64,000 nt of DNA from positions 61,318,001-61,382,000 of the forward strand of contig NC_079165.1 of assembly GCF_947568905.1 (NCBI RefSeq), given 5' to 3'. The position numbers were made by a program, and so were the translations under genes. The number at the start of each line of letters is the position of its first letter. Within the stretch, counting starts at the first letter, position 1. The notes below the pieces were generated by a model, which worked only from the letters and a program-made list of their open reading frames with translations, ran no database searches and was not told the DNA's origin. This stretch comes from Ostrea edulis (taxonomy: Eukaryota). Of this stretch, positions 12,282 through 24,200 are shown in pieces.

Positions 12282-15200
12282 CTAGAATCGATTAGGACTG
12301 TATTCCTCTGGGAACTTGAACTTGTGTGAACCCTCTCCCATCACTTTGGGTAGTGTACCAGCATTAGGAATGACATTCCAGGACAGTGTCAATGTTACAT
12401 TTTTATTTCCCCTAAAAAGTAAACAGGAAATATTTTGTATCCTGGTGGTGAAAATTTTTTACACAAAGAAGGATAACTCTCATTATTGATTAGTATAGGA
12501 AGTTGTATTGCACTAAAATATACCACCAAATTCCCTCGTTTTACAATACAATTATGTATCTTTTCACTGAATATTGTATATTTTTAAAGTACTATAAAAG
12601 CCATGATATAAAGTTGCATAAGAATTTTAAATATATTTTACTAACTTCAATCCATTTCCGTAGTCCCAGAAATAGTATTTTGTATTGATACTTCTATAGT
12701 CCAGCATGGAGTTCTCTCCTCGTCTTATAATTTTGTCCCAGATAACAACTTGGTTCAATTTCTGTTATAAAAATAGTTTTCATGTATATTTCAAAATCAA
12801 TCTGCATGCATCATATGTTCTCAGATGCAAAGATCATCATTATATTAATATTGAGCACCATTTCAATATTTATACTAAATATACATCTTAGTCCATTTGC
12901 AACAGCATCTTTTAATGGTGATACTTACATGATCCTTTGTTTCATATTCTGCAGTAAGGTATAAAAATAACTGTTTAACATTCCAGTTGAAAATTTTTGT
13001 TAAATCTACTTTTAATTAAGGTAAATTATGTTCACATGTGTATTGCAACAAATGTTGAAATTTAGACAGAAAAGAATAATTTGCACAACTATGGTAAAAT
13101 AAATAGGTCATGAAAGTTTGCTTTACCATTTAATGCAAACTTTCCCTTCATAATCAGTCAGGGGCATAATGCAATCATGTTATTAGAAAAATAATGTATG
13201 CAACCCCCCTCACTTTACACCACGTGCACCACAGACTTTCTCTGGTGCACCAAGACAAAAACAAATGTTTCAAAACCTTCCTTAATCCAGGAAAAGTATT
13301 CAAAGTCTTCGGAAAACTGGAGGAAAATGTTAATTTGTCGATAAAAATTTCACCCAAATTCATAATACCTCATAATAACAAGTAAATTCTACTAAGCTTC
13401 ATTCCGCCATCAACAATTGTTGATTGGAGTCTGTGTACAACATCTTTTACATCCTGGAATCCCAGAATGCAATATATATGGACACAAAATACAAAAAACT
13501 GAAGATCGAAAAAATAACGATAATGCGTTATTTTTAAAAAATAGAATTGCTTGTGTAAAATAACTTATTTATGTTATGTTATCAATGTGCATTTTGCCCC
13601 TGACTGATAATAAATACTGTAGATTGGGAAATTCACAAGATGGTTTTAATTTCACTATGTTCAGGATTTAGTCATTTTTAAGTGAAATTAAATCTATATA
13701 TGTATTATCAAAAATATTTCAATGCTTTCATAATCAAAATTTTAAAAGCAGACCTATAACACGAAATAAAAACCATTGCGATTATGCTCTTGCAACAAAT
13801 TGTGAAATTTAAACACCATGGAATGAAAACAACTTCTTACAAAAAAAACCAAAAAACAAAAAAAAACTTCTTACAGTAGCCAAAACCAAGAATATATTCT
13901 ATTGATTTATGTAAAACTATCCAACAGATATGTATTAAATGGAAGAAATGTAGATAAACAAAGGTTACTTTTTATCATTTCATACACTTAATTCAAGTCC
14001 TGACTACACACAAAAACCTTAGATGGTCTTCATCATACATGGACATGTAAGTGGTAAAGTGTTTAATACACGTGTATACATTTTTATATATAAAAGGATA
14101 TCAGTCGTCATGTCAAACACAATAAAGCCTAGGTCACTCTTTTCTCTATTTGCACTGTAGTCTGGAACATTTTTCCTGAAAGTAATGGTAAAATAATTCA
14201 TTGAAGTGCGACTTTGGGCAAACATTGAAGTAAATGAAGCTTCTTAAACATAAATTTTGCAATATATCTAAATTCATACGTAGGTTTATTGAATACTCTA
14301 TGAGTCTGCAGTGTTAATCATTTCTGCTTTTGGAGTTTCCAATCTATAAGCCTTCTCCATCATAGACAATTTCTGTCATCAACTTCATGTGTACATCATG
14401 ATCATAACAAATGGTTTGGTTCTTCCATTTGTAGAATGTGTGTATGTTTCTGATTTGAATTCATTCTTACTTTTTGTGCTTTAACAGGTCCAGCACAATC
14501 TCTATATTTAGCTATATAGCTTTATTAAGCTAATTGAAATATCTTGATTTAGCAATTTCAAATCTTTTATCAAAATAATTTCTAAAAGCAAAAAATTGAA
14601 TTTCCCCGAGTGAAAATATTTCATCCTTGAAGTCCATACAACACATTGTAAACAAAAATAATTCCAAAACTTAGTGCCTTAGGAAGAATTTGATTCACTT
14701 TTGTCAAATGTTTACGATTATAAAGTTGTTAAGCAACAGTTATCCAATCTTCAGAATAGAATACAAGCCAATGAGGATCAACAGAATAAGGGATTGGCAA
14801 TCAGGTTACATATTGTAAAGTCATCATACTTATCAACGTTTCAAAGCATACAGGGTAGTGGACAGTTAACATTCCCTTTGCATGAAAAATCTTAAAACGA
14901 CTTAGTATTGTTATGAAGTTTCGCTTGAATAGTGTTGTGGATAGTTCAAAGTATGAACACATTAAAATATTGTAGCAGTGTGTTTTAACTTGTATATATT
15001 ATATGATACCGTATTTTAATAAACACGAATAGTGCATATGGAATTAAAAGCACATTTTATGATTTAAGTCAAATTCCCAGATCCACCCCTTTATTTACTT
15101 AGTGTAATAGGTGAGCGAAAAGGTTCACAGGTCTTGCTATTTCATTGGCTATAGAACTGAGTTTTATTCAGTTAGAATCTCTCGAGTTTTTGGTCAGTTG

Positions 15201-17980
15201 TGGTTTTGATTTGAGCAGTTTTGGTATCTTTGTGCTGATTTGGCATTTTGGATTTGACAGACATTATTAGACCTTCAAATCCAGACCTGACAGTAAGTAC
15301 TAATTTTATTAATATTTATCTTCATAATATGTATATATAACTAATATCACTGTTTGAGAGAAGAGTGAAAGTTTAAATATTATGAAGAACAGTAAATATC
15401 AATTTAAAGTTATTTCCTCTCAGTATATGCTTATATTATATATATAGTTATTATAGTGTATATAGTATTGTAATGATATATTTGTTATAAATACAGTATA
15501 ATTTGTCCAAACCGGCCTCTGAGTACTCCGGCGCTCTGTCAATTCCGGCCATAAAATACAGTCCCTAACATTTCTTTAACAAATCCTATATTAATAATTC
15601 CCTGTACTCTGGATACTGCGTATTCTGTATATCGGCCGGCTTACACCGTCCCAACTGCTATCAATTAACTTTAATTATCCTGTGTAAACCGGCCCCTCGA
15701 TGATACACCACCCTAATTGTTGCGGTCAATTGTATTCGGTGTACACAAGGTCCCAACTGCTCGTAAATAGCTCCAATTATCGCATTTAAACCAGCCACCC
15801 CACGATGACCAACCTGTCGGTATTCGGTCGATCACACACGGTGTACACAAAGGGTGTCTCAAGGGAAGCCACAGGTAAGTAAAAGAGTGCAACTGGCGAT
15901 GAGTCGTGATCAGTTTAAAATAAAACCTTATTTTTAGGGGGTGCACTTTTCAATTATGACAGTACCACGCACGAGGTAATGGCGCCCTCCCCCTAACAAC
16001 AGATGCGAGAACTGACATTAAAAGACAAAGTTCAATTAATCGATGAATTCGATACATTCTTGGAATGAAACAAAATCGGCAACAATCCCGTTATGTTTTC
16101 CAAAAGCAGGGTTTCCCCTCGTGGACTACGGCGAGTCAGACAGTGATGATATGCAGTTAGTTAGCACAACTCGCCATGTCCGGTCGATCACTCGGCATTG
16201 TATTAGTTTCCGTTTCACAAATTGAGACAGTTGAAAGCGATACATTTACAATGAAAGCTGGGAAAGACAAATTTTAAACGAACACAACACAAACTTGACG
16301 AACGTACATAATGTAGCACTTGATAACGGCGATGATGTAGACGAAATCGACAATTTACCAACAGAAAATTGCGCGAATAATTCCCAGATTTTAAACTGCT
16401 TAATAAAAATTGAAACTTTTTCAAATGAGCACGACAATAAAACACTGACATTTACATTTTTACATTTTGAATTCTTTTGTGATAAATGTATATTAAAACG
16501 TTAGCAATCATTACACACGTATGCATAGATAGTGAATACAAGGGAAGCAACTCTCATTCTTGTCAACATTCTGCACTCCGGACTCTGTGCAAACCGGACA
16601 ATTTCTTTGGAACCACACATAGCCGGTTTAGACAGATTATACTGTAGATTAGAAGCATCCAGGCAGCATTTCAATAATACTCTGTTGCATGCATTGGGCC
16701 TTGTCCCATAGATAGGTAATAAGATATTACCTTTTATTATATTTAAAACATGTAATTTCATAGTGTTACATTATTTGTAATGCAACTGTAAATATTTGAG
16801 TAAAGTATATTTTACTATATTTGAATTAAGGGAGATAACTCTTAAGGTTGAAATGTACTCTCTATTGATTGTAAATCGCTGTGATATTCATTGTTACTAT
16901 TTTGTCTTTTAGGGCCATTTTTTTGTAATGGACATTTTGTAATCAACATTATGTAATCATCGTCATCATCCTTATTCGTTTTACCATGCAATAAATGACT
17001 GCATTGTGAACCCTGAGCCAGGAGTTGGTTATTTCTACATTTACAAACCACCACCCCTGCAACAATAATATTATGCGACTTTTTGACTATACCATTGCAC
17101 ATAGAAATTCAATCTAAACTAGCTTAATCAAGCTATTTCAAATAGCTTTATAAAGCAATATAGCTTAATAAAGCTTTTTTCAGGTTGGGAACACTTCCCC
17201 TATAGCGAGATCTTCTCCCTAAAATGCAATTATCCTTCTTTAGTAAGAAAGTGAACATTACCATTAACAGTGATTTGGTATTTTAATTGAAAATAATGAC
17301 AAATTCCATGCAATACTGAATATGTGTGACACACTCAACATGACACGAATTGTCTTTATAAAATTGACACACAGTCAAGAAATTTCATATCAACGTTGCT
17401 GCGTAAGAGGGAAGGAGGCTGAAATCCAATACACATGGTGAGTATTTTTGTTTTGATTAATATATTTGCAGAAGTATCAGACATTTTAGCCCTTTTATTC
17501 TTTTCACGTGAAGAAGAAATGTACTCCTTTGGCGTTTTTCTCGGTTGTACGTGATGTATTTACTCTCTAAAGAGAGATAATCGCGTTTTTGAGAGAATAT
17601 TTCGCTATAGGGGAAGTGTTCACAGCCCGTTATTATGCTATATTGCTTCATAAAGAGATATAGCTTAATAAAGAGATTGTTTGGACCTGTTTTTAATACA
17701 GTGCCATTAAAAGATAATTTGCAAAATACTGTGACTTTTACACCTTTTTTTAAAGCGACTGTAAGCTAAGCTAAACACGGGGAATAAGGAAACATATGCC
17801 AACGGCACGACATCGGGTTGCAAATTTTAATACTTACACAATTGCCTTTCCTGTACCAAGGTAGACAGAGGTTTTGTGTGAATTAAAAGCTGTTGTCAGA
17901 AAACAGCAAAAGGTTAAAGCTGCCATCACGCTAAGCGTGAAGGCAAATATTGTATTCAATCTGGATAGAAATGTGTTCAT
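12282..17980 (-). CDS. SPCS3: Signal peptidase complex subunit 3 (SPC22/23), 179 aa
   Basis: Exons 17980-17838, 14175-14102, 13005-12929, 12761-12646, 12411-12282 (143+74+77+116+130 = 540 nt, in frame). Translation [106 protein letters not shown] closely matches known SPCS3. Confidence 0.97.
13006..14101 (-). other. Minor-spliceosome (U12-type) intron with AT-AG termini, SPCS3 intron 2
   Basis: 5' end ATATCCTTTT, U12-like branch site TACCTTAAT about 10 nt upstream of the 3' end, no polypyrimidine tract, ends GTAG. Junction fixed by protein continuity ([11 protein letters not shown]). Confidence 0.85.
13154..13607. mobile_element. MITE with TIRs tcagtcaggggca(t/a)aatgca and TAA target-site duplication
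   Basis: Inverted ends at 13154 and 13607; TAA at both 13151-13153 and 13608-13610. Confidence 0.8.
15494..16450 (+). mobile_element. Possible decayed Tc1/pogo-like element
   Basis: Starts ta|cagtataat, with GC-rich ccgg subterminal motifs and broken acidic reading frames. No second TIR found. Confidence 0.3.
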
Positions 17981-18244
17981 TTTCGGTATATTACAGCGGA
18001 AGTGTTCGTCAGCAAAGTCGCCTAAAAATCGACTCGTTATTCCGGTTTAATCTGCAAGTTTCCCTATTAAATAAAATATTTTTACTTAAGATACAAAGTA
18101 TAACCCTTAAGAAATCTTCAAATGTTATATGGATTCGATTTTATTTTAATGGGAAATATACGTCGTAGAATCTAACGTGTAAATTTCGGGAAAATGTGTT
18201 CCATCTAGCAGTCATGTGACAATAACTTAATCACATGATTAAGG
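17981..18244. promoter_or_regulatory. Bidirectional promoter SPCS3/PRCP with two M-box/CLEAR-like motifs
   Basis: Divergent ATGs only 264 bp apart. GTCATGTGAC at 18211-18220 and TCACATGA at 18231-18238. Confidence 0.65.
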
Positions 18245-21200
18245 ATGGCGGCACACAGGAACTTATTTTCTATAGTGGTTCTTAGTTTATGTTTGTGTTT
18301 TGCCCACTGTATACTTGTGAGGACTAAAAACTTTCAAAGAAATAAAGAAGTTTTTAGATTCTATAGACCACCATCTGAATATAACTATAAGACAGAATAT
18401 TTCGCTCAAAAGGTAAACGTGAAAACTTAAATTGAGATCATGATATTTAGTTAAGGTAGTACTCTACATCGTCATAATGGCTGACTTCCTTTAAAAACAT
18501 GGATGAAAATATCGATATCAGCAATATTTGGCTTTTCCTTTTCGATTTCAATACCTAGCCGAGTAGCTCAGTAGGTTAGAATACCGACTGCTAACCTGTA
18601 GGTCGGAGGTTCGATTCCAGCAGGGTTTTTCAATTTTTTTCAGATTACCTTCCACTAAAACCGTATTTTTTGACAAAATAAAGTAAATTTGAAAATTTTC
18701 AACTTCAAAATATTGTTGTACATATCTTCCACTTTTTATCTACGTCAAATTTCTCTGGTGTAGCACACATCCTTAATGTACTTTGTGCAATTTTAATCTG
18801 ATCTTCTAATTTCTGTTCAAAAACATAAAGATGCTGTTTTTATGCCCCCGAGATCGAATGTATTGTTTTTGTTCTGTCTGAAACTTTAACCTTGCTAATA
18901 ACGTTTGAACAGTAACTTGCACTAGAGTTTTGATATTTCACATGGGTATTCCTTGTGACAAGACCTTTTCGTGGGTACCAACATTTTTAACCCAGTGACC
19001 TTGGCCTTGGAGTTTGACCTACTTTTTGAAAACTTTAACCTTGTTTTTGAACAGTCACTCACTGTCAGTGATCAAGTCCAGTCTAAAGACTATTTCTACC
19101 TACGTAGCTACTTATAGCTACGTAGGTATTTAAACCTACTCCAGGTAGCTATTTTTACCTACTTTTTCCTTTACTTGCATTTCGTAGCCAAATGCAGGAA
19201 CGGCGCAATATGGTGTGTACCAGATTTCTTGATTCACTTACACTGATGATGAATACCACAAAAATATTGGACAAAAATGATTACTTTCTAACCTTTCAAA
19301 TTTGCATCAATAACAGCACCCAGTTCCATTTTCTAGGAGCTTAGGATCAAAGCTACATGCTAAAAAGTGTAGAATGTATGTTGTTGAATGTTAAGCTATT
19401 CTAGAATTGATCGTTGATAAATGCAGGCACATGTTGTATGATGCATGAAATTAATTTATACAATTGAAATCTGTCATTTGTAGGTTGATCACTTTGGTTT
19501 TCATAACAAAGACTCATACCAGCAAAGATATCTCATAGCAGACCAATTTTGGGATCCAAATGGTGGGCCAATTTTCTTCTACACCGGAAACGAAGGGGAC
19601 ATTACCTTATTCTGTAATAACACAGTAAGTCGATAAGAAAAGGTTAAAAAACTATGATATATACAGTAAAACAAAGCCACAGAGGACAAAAAGAACTGGA
19701 AGATTGTATTTGGTGCATTGTGGAATAGAAATAGTTTGATTACTCGCATTGTTTCAAAAATAAGATATTTTGGAGGTACCGTACAGATTATTTGATATCT
19801 AAAACAGTTTGTATTAAAATACAATGTTTCAAGATTAACATTTTTAAAAATGTTAATTGCATTTCATTTCTCCGCAGTTTCAAATATATTGTATGGGTAT
19901 TGGTTCTCTCGTAGTGTTAGTTGATGCATGTATATATACAAAGAGTTAGAAATTTAAAATGTATTGAGAATAAAAAAAAACATATGGTGTCTTATTTTGT
20001 GCAATTAAGATTTACCTGTTTACAAAATGTACAGTTTATACAATGTATAAACATTTAATTGAAAAATTACATGTAATTCAATTGCTTAGATATATTACTA
20101 CAATAGTATTTTGATCACTCATTTTCCAGGGGTTCATGTGGGATATTGCACCAGAATTTAAAGCTCTGTTAATATTTGCTGAACACAGATATTATGGTAC
20201 ATCAGTTCCTTATGGACCAACTGCTTTCAAGGTACAGTACATTCATGCCTAACTGTAATGTATTTATCATTATACTACTCAGGTGACATTAATGGCCTTC
20301 ATATTTGGTGTCAAGTGCCAAAGTAGGTGTACAAGTCTACAAGAGAGAGACTTGCATTGAAAATGCTTAACAAATCTGGAATTATCCTTCCTGATTTTCT
20401 ACAAAAGTATTTGGCCTCATTGCACTTTTATGCTTTCCTAATGCATTTGTATATACCGGTACATGTATTTATTTCATATCGCAAGGGGGTGCTCTGCTTA
20501 TTACCAGTACATGTATTTATTTCATATCGCAAGGGGATGCTCCACTTATTACCGATACATGTATTTATTTCATATCGCAAGGGGATGCTCTGCTTAGTGG
20601 TGCTCTTGTTGAGTCTATCTTGCTTTGTTCAAATTTTGACCTGTGTTGGTTGTAGAACAACAATTTGGGGTTTAAAGTTGATGAGCTTCACTTCTCCTGA
20701 ACATTAATTTGATAAAACAGTAGTGGGTGAGTATTGTAGATATACTACACAGTGTTTTGATTTAATTACAATTATTTCCATGCTTATGACATTATTTCTG
20801 CTGCAAGGATCCCACAAAAATGAACTACCTAACATCTGAACAAGCCCTGGCAGATTATGCTGTTCTCATCAAGCACATAAAGACAACCACTCCCGGGGCT
20901 GGTAGCAGCAAAGTTATCGCATTTGGAGGGTCATATGGAGGGATGCTTGCTGCTTGGTTCAGGATGAAATATCCAAATGTTGTTCAAGGGTAAATGAAAA
21001 TAACTTGTCTATAGTGATATATCTCACACAAATTTAATCTGGTTAAATACACTCATTATAAATCCATGGTATATGATATAGAGCTGTTCCACACCAGTAT
21101 AAACCTGTGAAACATCACGAGCTAAATTTAGAATTTTTGGTACTGTAGGTCCCTCGCTGCTTCAGCCCCTATCTGGACTTTCTTAGAGGATGCTAACTGT

Positions 21201-24200
21201 GATGCCTTTGATTACACTGTCACTGAAACCTTCAGAAAATCCTCCCCAGACTGTGTAAATAACATTAAGGCTCTATGGAAGACACTCGGCACCACAGCTT
21301 CGCAAGGTATGTCAAGCTTCCTTGAAACTTGTGTACATTGCATAATCAAAATTTTAATAGAATGCATGCTTTCAAGATCAGTAAGGGAGGGCATACAATT
21401 TATCCACTTTACAGCTACTGGATGATTCATGCAATGTATAGTAATTTGTAATAGGACTGAAACGATATGCCCCATTCACGATATGATACATATTCAATTA
21501 TTGCAATACTTTATATGCCACGATTCAATACTTTCAATACGATACAATTACAGAGGAAACCAATATTATCAAAGAAAAATTTAATTACCAAGATTCACAA
21601 ACATAATTTTAAAAGTAAGATGTTTCTAAATTGCCAAACGGTAAGATGCCTTTTGGCTCTGTAGTTTAAACTGATAAAGTTCATTATTATTTTCGTAAAA
21701 CTCAACACAAACAACAGTCTGAACATTATTCGATGCTATTTTGTCCCTCGTGCAGGTAAAAATGATAAGTACAGGTGGAGCCTGATGTATTTTACTGAAC
21801 CAGTTTGTAAATAAATGTATCAAACCAAATATCGAGGCAATGAATCGAACATTGAATCGAGTGTTTTTATTGAGCAGTATTGATTTTTCGGTGAATCATT
21901 TCAACCCTAATTTGTAAATAAGGTGAAGCTTCATAAAACACCTACCAAACAGTGATTTGAATTATCCCCCTTTGTGGGTTTTCATTCTTTACCCACCAAA
22001 AAATAAGAAATTACAACTAGGAATTATAGATAATCATTAAGTTTTCATAAAAGTTTATGGGTTGCCCCACTTTAGCTTGAGGCGAAGTGTAAGTACATGT
22101 ATTGTTTTCATTACATTTTTGCTGGCAAGCAATGACTATATTAGATAGATATACTAAATTTATGATGCATACAAAACATTTTGATCTTTCTTTAGTACAC
22201 ATGAAAGTAATTCTATGTAATCTGGCACACAGCAGCTGGACTCTCAAAACTGTCAGAAATGTTCCATCTCTGTAAACCTCTGAAGACAATGGATGATTTG
22301 GATGCCCTCAAAGGCTGGATACAATCAGCACTTGTTTATCTTACTATGGTAGATTATCCATACCCGTCCAGCTTTTTGGCTCCATTACCAGCATGGCCTG
22401 TCAAGGTATGATCCTGTAATGCATATAACCATTTTTTTGTCTAGATAATGTGAATATGTATGTACTTGTAATGTACAGTACAGTAAAAATCCTCAATACT
22501 GGCCAGCTTTCGATCAGACTGCAAAAAATGGCTTGTTTAAAGGGGCTGCTTGTAAATGTGTACTGAAAATCAACACCACCTGAAGAGTTATGTCCCTTTT
22601 CCGAAGCTTGTGTACATACTGTTTACTATTATTGCTATTGATACTGATTTTCTGTTGATGATTGTTGACTTTTAAGAAACTTTACTAAGGCTTCTAATAA
22701 TATGCTATTCCTAAAAAAAAAAGCGTAGTTTACAGCTTAATTTCTTCAGTAAGGTGCTTACTGTAGAAAGACTCTAATTTACAACAACTGCTGTTGTACT
22801 TTTATAACTTGTAATTGCGTGAAGCAGTCAAGAAAAGTGATTCATTACCTGGTAGGTACTTCTCAATCATCCTACATCTAGCTGCTTAAATTGCCCTCGG
22901 TGTATTTTAAAAATTCCTAATGAAGGTAGTATTATGAAAACCTAAATAAAATATCGATCCGCTCCTCTTTCTTCATCTTGTCACTCGTGTAGCAACAAGA
23001 TGAAGAAAGAGGAGCAGATCGGGGATCTGATTTTAATCAGATTGTGTGTATACCATTTATATCTGATTTCAAAGTATGTTGCATCACATCTTTTTAAAAC
23101 TCTCAGGATCTATGATGATTTGTGAATAATGATTCATGTTAAAAAAAGGAATGATTTAAATACTTTTGTCACTTGTTTATTTCCTTCAGGTGATAAATAA
23201 ACAAACAGTAGCACTATGCTCTTGGACTGTGTATCAGTAATTTAAAACCTCTAGCCATAGGAATAATTGTGTCTGGTTCTGTGAGGGATTATTTCCTATG
23301 TTTGTCATTTAAAATAAAAGGACGAATGTTCGGTTTTCAGAGATAGATGATTCGAGAATTTCTGTATAAGCAGCCAATTTTGAGGAGGATCTTTTTTTAA
23401 GGGGACTGGTATTGAGGGAATTTCAATGTACTACCAAATAACTGCAGAAAAATGTTACCTACAAACTGTGCTTAATTTTGAAAATACAGAATGAAGTACA
23501 CATATGATGTATTCTACATGTCTGTTTCACGATGGTTAAATTTCTATTGTGTGAGGATAAACAAGCTAGAGTTGAGATTATATGAAATACAAAGGATTAT
23601 TTTCTTACCAGGCAGCTTGTCGTCCCCTGTCTACTCCGTTGAGTGGTGACAATTTGATCATGGGTGCAGTGAAGGCAATGAATGTCTACTTCAATTATAC
23701 TGGTACCACTCCGTGCTTTGACATAGGAACCGAAGCAACACCTGACCTGGGAATCAGAGGATGGGGCTACCAGGTACTATGATGTTGTGGACTTGTCAGC
23801 AAATACAGCTTTTATCTGATAGGACTAGTCTGCACGTACACCATGGTACCATTGATAACAGTATCAAATAGTCCTTTTGATGTCTATTAATTTCAACCAC
23901 ATGTGAATACATGTGTGGTATTCCTTTGCTATATATAGATTTTCCAAAACAAAATAGCTTCAATTTCTAATTTTTGGAAGGTTACAGGTCATAACATGAG
24001 ACATTGGTGCACAAGAGGAGCATCAATCAGAAAAAAGAATAAGTTAGGGTTGTAATAAAAATCTATCAGTAGCATAAAAAGGAAGGCTAGTTCATTATTT
24101 TTGCAATAACAAATCCACAACAACCTAATTAATAGCTAGTTATCAAACTCGAGTCTGCATCCTGTTCAATTTAAAACTTCATTTTCATGCACTCTCCTGT

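Noticed and set aside
18558-18626. Apparent tRNA gene; also 46213-46285 and 46450-46510
   Set aside because: Acceptor and T stems do not pair and the anticodon loop is abnormal; these are parts of mobile elements.
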